Assembly (NCBI GenBank): GCA_964652255.1
Contig: CAZZBM010000001.1
Location: 235,908 to 299,907, forward strand
Reading direction: 5' to 3'
Source: an uncultured bacterium
GTDB lineage: Bacteria > Bdellovibrionota > Bacteriovoracia > Bacteriovoracales > CAZZBM01
Length of the DNA stretch: 64,000 nucleotides
Position numbers and translations under genes: made by a program. A model generated the notes under the pieces. It searched no databases, was not told where the DNA came from, and saw only the letters and a list, made by a program, of their open reading frames with translations. Positions 8,765-18,121 of this stretch are shown here, piece by piece (position 1 is the stretch's first letter; every line of letters starts with the position of its first letter).

Positions 8765-8797
8765 TAAGAGCTCATAGAATAACTCTATGAGCTCTTA
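8765..8797 (+). promoter_or_regulatory. perfect 13-bp-stem hairpin enclosing the start codon of the next gene
   Basis: tAAGAGCTCATAG-aataact-CTATGAGCTCTTa. The ATG of the 8787 ORF and an upstream AAGAG sit in opposite arms. No T-run follows. Confidence 0.4.
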
Positions 8798-9164
8798 TGA
8801 CGACTCAGACTTATTTCTTTTTAAAAAAAGATTAAAAAAAAGAAAATTAAAAAAGATTTTTCTTGATAGTCTTATTTTCTTAATTTCCTTTATTTTTATC
8901 GTGAGATTTTTATTTTCTGAAGGAGCTTTTTTAGATTATCTAAGATCAAAAAAAAATTTAAATAACAAAATTAAAGAACTTTCTGATCTTAAATTAGAAA
9001 TTGCTTCCTTAGAAGAAGATATTAATATTTTTAAAAATAAGTTTCATCAACAAAATATTCTAAAAAAAAAACTTGGTTTAATTAAAAAAGATGAACACAT
9101 TCTTATTCTTTCAAAGAACATCAATAGGCATAATGAAGGTACAATAAAGAGTAATGAGAAATAG
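8787..9164 (+). CDS. FtsB/DivIC-like septum-formation initiator (TM helix plus coiled coil)
   Basis: 125 aa. Basic N-terminus, one TM helix, then a heptad-like segment NKIKELSDLKLEIASLEEDINIFKNK. Assignment is by architecture only. Confidence 0.4.
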   Translation: MSSYDDSDLFLFKKRLKKRKLKKIFLDSLIFLISFIFIVRFLFSEGAFLDYLRSKKNLNNKIKELSDLKLEIASLEEDINIFKNKFHQQNILKKKLGLIKKDEHILILSKNINRHNEGTIKSNEK

Positions 9165-11577
9165 GAATTCTTAAAGGTAAGCCTCCAAAAGGTTGTGGAT
9201 TCAAAAATGGGTTAGGATTTTTAATCGGAAAAACATGACTTTTACTCAATAAAAAATTACTTTCATGTTTTAGAATACTGATAGGTAAAAAGGTAAAACT
9301 CTGAAGAGAAATTACTTGTGGCATTTTTTCTTCAACTTGAAAAGTTAGAGTTTTTTTAGTGGGAGTTTCTTCTTCTAGTGCATTTTTTAAAAAACCCATA
9401 AAGGAATATCCCTCTTGTTGATAGAAAGATTCTTTAATAAATTCATTTTGAGGATCAAGAAGGGTTAAATTTTTAAAATCATGATGTTTAAAACTTAAAT
9501 AAGAATATTTTATATTTTCATTCATAGGATTTAAAAAATTATGACTAGGGTCTAAAATAGATCCTGGTAAAAAATCTATGTTTGTTGAATTATTGACAAT
9601 ATATTGGGTATCAAATATTTTAAAGTTTAAAGGTAGACAAGAATCTAAAATTGGTTCTTGAGATTTAAAAACATTACAAAAAGAATCATTTTCTGTAAAT
9701 TGATAGCTTTTAGCAAAAGTTCTTATAGGTAAAAAATAATTTGTATTTTGAAAATTTTCATTTTCTATAAGTTCTTTTTTAGCAGTTTTTAAAAGATTTT
9801 CTTGATAATTTGACATAGAATCATAAAAATTTGCTTCATGAAATAAAGCAAATAAAGGATGTAGTGAATTTTTAATTTTATAAGAAATAGCATCTTGAAT
9901 ATTTTGCTTTTCTTCAAATTCCTGTAAATACCCTTCTAATCTAATTCGATTTTTTAATCTTAAGTTTACAGCATCAAATTGCAATCCAGAATGTATATGA
10001 ATAATAGGATTTTCATTGTTATTAGTGATTAAACCTGTAACATCAGCCAAGTTATAAGTAGTAAAGCCTACCTGCATTTTAGCCCAAGAATCTTTATTAA
10101 ATGGATCAGCCAATGGAGCAATATAACTTTGCATAGAACAAAGTAGCTCACCGGCACCAGCACCCACTCCTGGTGATCCATAAAGAGATAAGAATGTTGT
10201 ATCAATGCCTAATCCGATTAAATATTCATACATCATTCTCTGTCTAAAAATTCTAAATTCATACTGAGTTTGACTTCCTTGTACAGTATTGTAATAACCC
10301 ACATTAAAATCATTAAAACATAAGTCATTCAAGGATCTGTTAATAAAAGGTAAAATATTAAAAAAATTTCCATAATAATTACTAAGTCCATTAAAAATTT
10401 CTGTATCATTACTTATAATTTCTGTTAAACTTAAATCAGTATCATAAATACCACTTAAGGGTTTAGTGAAAGACCATTCATTATATTTTATTTGTGAAAG
10501 AACATCTTCATAAATAGGATAATCTGGTTCATCTTCATCATATTCATTGCTATAAGGAAATTTACTTTCATCAGTTACATTCATAAGCTCTGAAATGAAC
10601 CCATTATCATTATTAAATGTATTAGGTAGATTTTTAAAATTAATTCCATCTACACCAACAACATTAACAACTTTAGGAAGAACAAGATCTTCACTATAAA
10701 TATCTTGATTATTTTCTAAATAGGTAAATTTAAAGCAAATTTCACGAGCAGCACTTTCTCCTTTACTAATAGCAATACTATTATTTGTTCCATCATTAAA
10801 AATATATCCCTTTGTTTTAGCCAAAGCCTTTTTATTAAAAACAAAAGAAAAAGTATCGGTTCTTTGATCCCAAAAGAATTTATAAGGATTTCCCTCAATA
10901 TAGTTATTAGGATTAAAATCACTATCTACAATAACTTCAGGATACTTAAAGTAATAAGAGTCAAAATCTGATGTTGTTACATAAGCGAAGAGATCATAAA
11001 AAACAGTGTAGAGAGAAGTATCTAAAATACTGCCATTACATAAACCAAGCTCAACCTTAAGAGCTGTTTCTTCATGAGGAGTTGTTCTAAATTTTAAATT
11101 AATCTTAAAATGAACATTATTATTTAAAGAAGAAAAAGTTCTATTTTGAACTTCATATTCTTGGTATCCCCCATTAAAAGGTTCAAAACTTAAATCAAAA
11201 GCATTAGAGTCAAGTTGGTAAGACAAAGATAAATTAGCACTTTGATTACAACTATTAGGTAAATTCAAAGAAAGGCTAGCTTGTTCTCCACTATACGGGG
11301 TAAAAATTTCTACATATTGTTCAAGACCATGCCAATAAATATTTTTAATTTCACAATTCGTACAAGTAAAATCATTTTCATTTAAAATATCATTACATCC
11401 TTTTATAGCCACAAGATGTTTTGAAGCTTGATGATTTATTTCACTAGAGCTACTTTTTAAAATCATACCAAAAGCTTCAAGATAATTGTTGTTATTGCTA
11501 TTTAACAATTCATTTTCTTTTTCTTGCAAAGCTAAAGAACAACTTGTTAAAAATAACAATATAATTTTAATAAGCAT
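9121..11577 (-). CDS. large paralogous Cys-rich lipoprotein, family member 3 of 3 (unknown function)
   Basis: 818 aa. Lipobox LFLTSC followed by SLALQEK. Shares co-linear blocks with the two upstream genes (FTCTNCEI, PHEETALKV, C-terminal ...YLHYAY). Confidence 0.85.
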   Translation of the reverse strand: MLIKIILLFLTSCSLALQEKENELLNSNNNNYLEAFGMILKSSSSEINHQASKHLVAIKGCNDILNENDFTCTNCEIKNIYWHGLEQYVEIFTPYSGEQASLSLNLPNSCNQSANLSLSYQLDSNAFDLSFEPFNGGYQEYEVQNRTFSSLNNNVHFKINLKFRTTPHEETALKVELGLCNGSILDTSLYTVFYDLFAYVTTSDFDSYYFKYPEVIVDSDFNPNNYIEGNPYKFFWDQRTDTFSFVFNKKALAKTKGYIFNDGTNNSIAISKGESAAREICFKFTYLENNQDIYSEDLVLPKVVNVVGVDGINFKNLPNTFNNDNGFISELMNVTDESKFPYSNEYDEDEPDYPIYEDVLSQIKYNEWSFTKPLSGIYDTDLSLTEIISNDTEIFNGLSNYYGNFFNILPFINRSLNDLCFNDFNVGYYNTVQGSQTQYEFRIFRQRMMYEYLIGLGIDTTFLSLYGSPGVGAGAGELLCSMQSYIAPLADPFNKDSWAKMQVGFTTYNLADVTGLITNNNENPIIHIHSGLQFDAVNLRLKNRIRLEGYLQEFEEKQNIQDAISYKIKNSLHPLFALFHEANFYDSMSNYQENLLKTAKKELIENENFQNTNYFLPIRTFAKSYQFTENDSFCNVFKSQEPILDSCLPLNFKIFDTQYIVNNSTNIDFLPGSILDPSHNFLNPMNENIKYSYLSFKHHDFKNLTLLDPQNEFIKESFYQQEGYSFMGFLKNALEEETPTKKTLTFQVEEKMPQVISLQSFTFLPISILKHESNFLLSKSHVFPIKNPNPFLNPQPFGGLPLRIPISHYSLLYLHYAY

Positions 11578-13900
11578 AATCCACCATCACCGAACCATAG
11601 TTAATAAAAGGCATCATAATAGGTCTATAGAGCATAGGAATACCTAAAATGTTCCCAGAAGAATCACTATTTTCGCTTGAAAAAACAGGTCCTAAATTTT
11701 CAAAATTGGTCGTTCCATTATTCCACCACCAAAAAAGACCTCGAATCCAAAGAGGCAATTGAGTATGAATAAGTAATATTTTTCTTTCAAATTTTTTATG
11801 CTCAGATAAATCAAATATAGTTTTAAATTTTTTTTCTTTTTTGTGTAAATCAACTAAATGAGTGTTAAATTCATGATTATAAATTGTTTTTCTATTTAAA
11901 TTATTTTTTACTGTTACATTGACATTTTTTGGTGGATCTATAAAAGGAGAAAAAGGTTTTTCATTACCAACATCTATTGGATCATAATAAGAATAAGTTG
12001 TTTTTAACAATTGATGTGTACTAGGAGAACAATTATCTATATAAGGTTTTTCATCATTAAAAACATTACAATAAGAATCACCATCTAAGATCACTGCACT
12101 CACAAGAAGATCTTGTTCATGACTAACTAATTGATAAGATTTTTTTTTATCGTGATCTATGCTATAAAAATTTTGAACAAATTGATTTCTTGAAGCTACA
12201 CTTGCTGATTCTAGAAGAGTGTTACCATAGATTAAAAAATCTTCATCATAAACAATGTCATTATTATTATAATTTTGTTTTTTTTCAATTTCTACTTTAG
12301 TAGATAAGATTAATTCACCAGATCCTGAATAAAAAATAAGTCCATTTCTTAAGCTTGAAAATTCATTCATATTTTCTTGTATTTTATTGTGACTAGCTGT
12401 CACTTCAGCAAAAGAACTCTTGTAAGCCAATTGAGCTTTAATAAAAGAACTTTTTAAGTTTCCATAATCTGAATGATTTAAAAAAGAAGATGTTTTACAA
12501 AAAACACTTTCATTAGCTCCAGTAGAAAAAAAATTAGGAGCTAAAGTGCTGTAAAAACTACCATTATGATGATAATCATCAATATAACCAGTATTAATAT
12601 GTTTTTTAATAAAACGTGCTTTAAATTGATTAAAATCAATTTGATCTGTATGAAAATAGTCTGTATTCCATGAATCGCAAAAATTTAAAATTCCATTATC
12701 AAAAAATTCTTTGTAATCAATGGGAATAGTGCTAAAAATATCACCATAAAAATAACTATACCAATTACTAATACTATTTTGATAAGAAAGATCAAAATCA
12801 GTATTATCTTCTTGTAAAGTATTTAAGTCCCATTCAATATATTTAGGAGAAAAATTTTCATCAAAATCATTAACAAGATCTTTATTCTTCTTGCAATGAG
12901 AATGAGGATAATGATTTTGATCAGTAATTGCTGCCATGGTAATAAAATATTCATCGGGACAATCTTGAGAGGAATTAAAATTAATCATCTCAGTCCCTAC
13001 AATATTAAGAACTTTTCTTAATTCTATTTTTTGAGTTTTTAAATCTTGTTGATTTTCTCTATAAAAAAAGAGTATACAGTATTCTAAAGGTTTTTCATTG
13101 TCATTAGTATAAATTTTTTTAAATGTTCTATTAGTTTCTTGAGCTATTTTATATTTATCAAATAAAAAACTTAGCTTTCTTTCTTGTCTGTCCCAATGAA
13201 CCAAACCACTATCATAATCTTTTAAAGATTCATTAAAATCAAAGGGGCTTCCTGCCCCAGTTATAGTATCCTTAACCGGTAGTGTTGTCGTTATTTTTTC
13301 TTTTACAAATTCATAAAGATCAAAAATAGCTTCATACCTTATGATATCATCATCATTTTCTTTGCCACAGGTTCCAAATTGAACCTTAAGCTCAGTTCCT
13401 TCATGAGGAATATAATCAAAATTTAAATCAACCTGAAAATAAACTCTCGTATTTATATTAGTATAAGTTTCATCATGTAAATTTTTTCCTTGAATTCTAT
13501 CTTGTAAAGTTACTCCTGCCTGAAAATCATTGGCTCTATCTTTAAACTTATAGGAATCTCCCGAAGCAGACGCACAAGAACTATTCACGTCAAAATTTAG
13601 ATTCACTAATTGTCCTGTATAAAGTGGTAAAATCTCTACATTAAACTCTTGATCTCCATAAGGAGTGATACTTTTTATTTCACAATTAGTACAAATTAAA
13701 TCATTTAAAGTTAAATCTGGACATTTAACAGAGAAATTTCTTCTTCCTTCATCGCTAGTTCCAGAAGTGATACTGTTCATTAAATGAATTCCTATTCCCA
13801 AATCATGATCAGGATTATTGTTTGAATTAGTTGATTTAATTGTTTTTTCCTGAAGAGCTAAAGAGCAAGATGTGATAAAAAGAAATAAATACTTTTTCAT
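11567..13900 (-). CDS. large paralogous Cys-rich lipoprotein, family member 2 of 3 (unknown function)
   Basis: The track ORF starts at 13918. The ATG at 13900 gives MKKYLFLFITSC-SLALQEK, matching the paralogues. Shared blocks include LICTNCEI and PHEGTELKV. The C-terminus is ...VDYAY. Confidence 0.85.
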   Translation of the reverse strand: MKKYLFLFITSCSLALQEKTIKSTNSNNNPDHDLGIGIHLMNSITSGTSDEGRRNFSVKCPDLTLNDLICTNCEIKSITPYGDQEFNVEILPLYTGQLVNLNFDVNSSCASASGDSYKFKDRANDFQAGVTLQDRIQGKNLHDETYTNINTRVYFQVDLNFDYIPHEGTELKVQFGTCGKENDDDIIRYEAIFDLYEFVKEKITTTLPVKDTITGAGSPFDFNESLKDYDSGLVHWDRQERKLSFLFDKYKIAQETNRTFKKIYTNDNEKPLEYCILFFYRENQQDLKTQKIELRKVLNIVGTEMINFNSSQDCPDEYFITMAAITDQNHYPHSHCKKNKDLVNDFDENFSPKYIEWDLNTLQEDNTDFDLSYQNSISNWYSYFYGDIFSTIPIDYKEFFDNGILNFCDSWNTDYFHTDQIDFNQFKARFIKKHINTGYIDDYHHNGSFYSTLAPNFFSTGANESVFCKTSSFLNHSDYGNLKSSFIKAQLAYKSSFAEVTASHNKIQENMNEFSSLRNGLIFYSGSGELILSTKVEIEKKQNYNNNDIVYDEDFLIYGNTLLESASVASRNQFVQNFYSIDHDKKKSYQLVSHEQDLLVSAVILDGDSYCNVFNDEKPYIDNCSPSTHQLLKTTYSYYDPIDVGNEKPFSPFIDPPKNVNVTVKNNLNRKTIYNHEFNTHLVDLHKKEKKFKTIFDLSEHKKFERKILLIHTQLPLWIRGLFWWWNNGTTNFENLGPVFSSENSDSSGNILGIPMLYRPIMMPFINYGSVMVDYAY

Positions 13901-13901
13901 G

Positions 13902-16217
13902 TTAATAACCATAATCAATAATTAAATAAGAATAATTTACAAGAGGCATTTTAACGTATTGATGATAAAAAGGAGTTAGGCTTTGAGGATCAAAAATAAA
14001 AGGAGAATGTTCAACACCATTTTTCATCGTAGGAAATAAATCCATAGTGTGATAAATTCCTATAGTTAATGGATAAGAGGAATTCTTGAGTGAAAAAAGA
14101 GTTTCACTAATTCTTTTTTGTTTATACTCTTCAGTTAAATTATACTCAGCATTTTCATTGTCATCTAAAAAAATTTCTACAACTTTAGTAATAAAAATTT
14201 TTCCTAAATAAGATATTGCAGAGCCATTAGTTTGAATAAAACTTATTAAATCTTCTTTAAAGTTTCGATCAACATCTATAACAAATTTCCAATAAGAATC
14301 AGGTGGATTGTCTTCGTATTGAATTTTTAAAGGATAAAAATTATCTCCCTGATAATTTGTAGATGAACTTATAGTATGAACATGTGTTCTAATTGTAGGT
14401 TCATCATTAAGTAACTGTCTTAAGACATCTGTATTAAATAGTTCTTCAGTGTTTCTAAAAAGAGGACCTACTTCTAAAATATAAGCATAACCCCCTGTGA
14501 ATTTTTTATTACTCTCTCTAAAAAGATCTCTATCTCCAGATAAATTATGAGAGCCTGGTCCAATTTCAGCTGGATTTTCTAAATCGTTAATTTTAACAAC
14601 AGAACCCTTTAATCTTGCACGAACATCAAGTGTTTCACTAGCACTATAAAAATCAATACTTGCTTCTAAAGAAAAATAATCCTGACCATCTTGATGTTGA
14701 TCTTTTATTCTATTGTGAATCATTGTAAGTTCTGGCAAAAAATTATTGTTAAAAGGTAATTGATTCTTAAACCAAGTTCCATCTGTTTTTAAAGGAGATA
14801 AAAGATCAACATCACTTAGAACATGACTTTGATTTCGACAAAGAGTATTTTCAAAAATAAAACCTTGAGTTAATCCCTGCCAAAGACTTCTGACCTCAAA
14901 TTGATTTAAAGAGTTGTTATTTTGATAGACTCCCAAAAGAGGAGGACAAGTAAAGTTTGTGTCTTTTAAGGGCATAAAGCTAAGATAACTTCCAAAATAA
15001 TTATTAAACCAACTAGTAAAATTATTAAAAGATGCTACTTCACTTAAATCTTTTAAGGGCTCAATCTCAGCAAAATCTAAATATTTTGTTTCAAAAAATG
15101 ATGGTTTTTTAGCAATTTTAGCACTTTGGCAATTTGAGTTTGGAAATTTAAATCCTTCTTCATGAACAGCCCCTAAGGAATAATAAGTTTGATGTTGTCC
15201 TATACTATCAGGACAAGTAGTATGTTCAGAAGTATTAAATAAAGCAGTTCCTACAACAACTGGTATTTTCTTTTGATAAGTTTTAGAAGTACTTACTAAA
15301 TTACTATTATTAACATTAACAACAGTATCACCTTCTTCATAATAAGAAGCTTCTAAACAATAATTTTTTGCTGCTGTTTTAAGTCCAGGATCAGGTGTAA
15401 CGTTGTTATATTCATCAGCATATACATGATTATTAGCAAAAGCTACTTTTTTTTTATCTAAATAAAAAGAAAGTTTTTTCTCTTGTTCATTCCATTGCCA
15501 AATAAAAGAACTCTCTGGATTTAGAGTTAAAGCATGATCAATAAATCTAAAGTTATGTGAATTACTACTTTCATAAATGACTGATGTATTAACTGTTTGA
15601 GGAGATTTTATTTGATCATATAGATCAATAACAATCTCGTAGCTATCTCCTACAATGTTAAAATCTTGATTACACACTCCATAACTAATTTTTAAATAAG
15701 TATGTTCATGTGGTGGATACTTAAAATAAAGATCATGTTTAAAAAAAATTTTATTATTAATACTTTTATAGTTAGAGCCTTCAATATTTTTAATTAAAAA
15801 ATTTCCGTCTTCAACAGTTGTTTTAAAATCAACAATAGCATTAGGTGATTCTTTGAAAAAATATTTTCCATAAGTAGGAATATTTCCAGAATAACAAGAA
15901 CTTAATGGGTTAAAAAATAGACTTACTTCGTGTCCAGTTTTATGAGCTAAAATAGTCACATAATGTTCATAATTTCCATGAGGATTAATTTCTAAAATAC
16001 GACAATTATTACATTCTAAGTCATTAAAATTAAGATTAGGACAATTTTTAACAGAAACAACCTGCTTGGATTCTTTATTATAAGAATCATAAGAAGTGCT
16101 TATAAGAGTAAGAGCTGGTTCAAAATTGTTATTAGGATCATTAGAAGTAGTAGAGGATAAACTATTTTCTTTTAAAGCTAAGGAACAGGAGAAAAAAAAG
16201 AGTAACAAAAGCCTCAT
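13902..16217 (-). CDS. large paralogous Cys-rich lipoprotein, family member 1 of 3 (unknown function)
   Basis: 771 aa. N-terminus MRLLLLFFFSC-SLALKEN. Shared blocks include LECNNCRI and PHEHTYLKI. The C-terminus is ...IDYGY. Confidence 0.85.
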   Translation of the reverse strand: MRLLLLFFFSCSLALKENSLSSTTSNDPNNNFEPALTLISTSYDSYNKESKQVVSVKNCPNLNFNDLECNNCRILEINPHGNYEHYVTILAHKTGHEVSLFFNPLSSCYSGNIPTYGKYFFKESPNAIVDFKTTVEDGNFLIKNIEGSNYKSINNKIFFKHDLYFKYPPHEHTYLKISYGVCNQDFNIVGDSYEIVIDLYDQIKSPQTVNTSVIYESSNSHNFRFIDHALTLNPESSFIWQWNEQEKKLSFYLDKKKVAFANNHVYADEYNNVTPDPGLKTAAKNYCLEASYYEEGDTVVNVNNSNLVSTSKTYQKKIPVVVGTALFNTSEHTTCPDSIGQHQTYYSLGAVHEEGFKFPNSNCQSAKIAKKPSFFETKYLDFAEIEPLKDLSEVASFNNFTSWFNNYFGSYLSFMPLKDTNFTCPPLLGVYQNNNSLNQFEVRSLWQGLTQGFIFENTLCRNQSHVLSDVDLLSPLKTDGTWFKNQLPFNNNFLPELTMIHNRIKDQHQDGQDYFSLEASIDFYSASETLDVRARLKGSVVKINDLENPAEIGPGSHNLSGDRDLFRESNKKFTGGYAYILEVGPLFRNTEELFNTDVLRQLLNDEPTIRTHVHTISSSTNYQGDNFYPLKIQYEDNPPDSYWKFVIDVDRNFKEDLISFIQTNGSAISYLGKIFITKVVEIFLDDNENAEYNLTEEYKQKRISETLFSLKNSSYPLTIGIYHTMDLFPTMKNGVEHSPFIFDPQSLTPFYHQYVKMPLVNYSYLIIDYGY

Positions 16218-16283
16218 ATGTTCTTATTTTATCGTTTTTTTTCTCTTTTCAGAGAATGGTAAAAGTTGTATAAAAAAGCCTTC

Positions 16284-17897
16284 ATGAAAGATTTCTTTAT
16301 CTATGACAAAGAACTAAAAAACATTGATCAATCAGATCTAGGCAAAAAATTCACTCTGTGTGGTTTTGTTTCTCAGGTGAGAGATCTTGGTCATCTTGTT
16401 TTTATTGATTTAAGACAAGAAAATTATTTTTTACAACTCAACATTGCCAAGGAATTTTATCAAAAAGCTTCCCTTGAAAGTGTTATTCAAGTCGAAGGTA
16501 TTCTTTCCAAAAAAGAAGAAAATAATGAAAAAATTAAAAATGGTGATTTAGAACTTATTGTTGAATCTATGATTATTCTTTCCCTAGCTCAAACTCCTCC
16601 TTTTCTTCCTAATAAAGAAGCTAAAGAAGAATTAAAATTAAAATATAGATACCTAGAGTTAAGAAACAAACAATCTTTTTTAAAATTTAGAAGCGATCTT
16701 TCCTTAAAAATAAGACAATTTTTTCATCAAGAACATTTTACTGAAATTGAAACACCTTTACTTTATAAAAGCACCCCTGAAGGATCTCGTGATTATGTTG
16801 TTCCTAGTAGAATTCATCCAGGGCATTTTTATGCTCTTCCACAATCTCCTCAAACCTTAAAACAATTATTAATGATCAGTGATTTTTCTAAATACTTTCA
16901 AATTTGTAAGTGTTTTAGAGATGAAGATTTAAGATCTGACAGACAACCAGAATTCACTCAAATTGATTTTGAAGTTTCTTATCCAGAAGTTTCTTTTTTT
17001 AAAAAATTTAATGAAAAACTTTTTTCTTTTCTTCTTAATCAAGATATTACCTTTGAAGAACTTAGTTATGATGATGCTATAAAATTTTATGGTTCAGATA
17101 AGCCTGATTTAAGATTTGATTTAAAGTTTCAAGATCTTCCTTCTCATGATTTTGATCAAATCAAACCCTTATCTCGTTGTTTGTTTTTAGATTCATCTTA
17201 TTCTCTTTCTAGAAAAGAAATTGATGATCTTTGTGGTAAGAAAATCTACTGGTTTAAAGTTGAGAACAAGTTATTATCAGGTGGGATAGCTAAGTTTATT
17301 AAAGGACAAGAATTAAAATCAGGTTTATACTTTATAGGAGAAGCTCAGGATCTTCATTCTCTTAGAAAATTTTTTGCACATAAATTCAATCTTTATAAAA
17401 GAGATTATTCATTTCTTTGGATTTATGACTTTCCTCTTTTTGAAGAAGGAGAAGAAGGAATTCAAGCTAAACATCATCCTTTTACAAGAGTTCAAAGAGA
17501 TCAGTTAGACGATTTTTTTGAAAATAAAAATTTATTAAACCTAAAGGCTGATGCTTATGATCTTGTTTGTAATGGTTACGAATTAGGGGGTGGTTCTTTA
17601 AGAATATTTTCTGAACAAGAACAATATCACCTTTTTAAGATTTTAAAACTTTCTGATGAAAATATTAAAAATCAATTTGGATTTTTTCTAGAAGCTTTTA
17701 AATACGGAGTTCCTCCACATGGAGGAATGGCTTTAGGATTTGATAGAATTTGTATGATTCTACAACAAACAGATAACATCCGAGATGTTATTGCTTTTCC
17801 AAAAACTACAAGTGCAACAGATCTTATGAGTGAAACACCTAGTAAAATCTCTTCTGAACAATTAAAAACAGTGCATCTCTCACTTGACATTAAATAA
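16284..17897 (+). CDS. aspS: aspartate--tRNA ligase
   Basis: Class IIb motifs are present: FRDEDLRSDRQPEFTQID, GGGSLRI and PPHGGMALGFDRI. The track ORF begins at TTG 16266; ATG 16284 (MKDFFIY...) is preferred. The insertion (GAD) region looks shortened. Confidence 0.9.
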   Translation: MKDFFIYDKELKNIDQSDLGKKFTLCGFVSQVRDLGHLVFIDLRQENYFLQLNIAKEFYQKASLESVIQVEGILSKKEENNEKIKNGDLELIVESMIILSLAQTPPFLPNKEAKEELKLKYRYLELRNKQSFLKFRSDLSLKIRQFFHQEHFTEIETPLLYKSTPEGSRDYVVPSRIHPGHFYALPQSPQTLKQLLMISDFSKYFQICKCFRDEDLRSDRQPEFTQIDFEVSYPEVSFFKKFNEKLFSFLLNQDITFEELSYDDAIKFYGSDKPDLRFDLKFQDLPSHDFDQIKPLSRCLFLDSSYSLSRKEIDDLCGKKIYWFKVENKLLSGGIAKFIKGQELKSGLYFIGEAQDLHSLRKFFAHKFNLYKRDYSFLWIYDFPLFEEGEEGIQAKHHPFTRVQRDQLDDFFENKNLLNLKADAYDLVCNGYELGGGSLRIFSEQEQYHLFKILKLSDENIKNQFGFFLEAFKYGVPPHGGMALGFDRICMILQQTDNIRDVIAFPKTTSATDLMSETPSKISSEQLKTVHLSLDIK

Positions 17898-17924
17898 AAA
17901 TACTCATATCTTTCCATTTCAATA

Positions 17925-18001
17925 GGTCTTGTAGCTCAGTTGGTTAGAGCATCTCACTTTTAATGAGAGGGTCCTGTGTTCGAGTCACAGCAAGATCACC
18001 A
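17925..18001 (+). tRNA. tRNA-Lys (anticodon UUU)
   Basis: Cloverleaf readable: acceptor GGTCTTG/CAAGATC, D-arm GCTCAGTTGGTTAGAGC, anticodon loop CTTTTAA, T-arm CTGTG-TTCGAGT-CACAG, encoded CCA. Confidence 0.92.
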
Positions 18002-18006
18002 AAAGG

Positions 18007-18084
18007 GCTCCCTTCGTCTAGCCCGGTCCAGGACATCGCCTTTTCACGGCGGTAACAGGGGTTCGAATCCCCTAGGGAGTGCCA
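18007..18084 (+). tRNA. tRNA-Glu (anticodon UUC)
   Basis: Very close to the E. coli tRNA-Glu layout: GTCTAG...AGGAC, anticodon stem-loop TCGCC-TTTTCAC-GGCGG, T-arm AGGGG-TTCGAAT-CCCCT, encoded CCA. The 5' end is uncertain by 1 nt (G1-U72 pair). Confidence 0.9.
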
Positions 18085-18121
18085 CTTTACAAGTATCAAA
18101 AAAAGACTTTTAATATTGATC

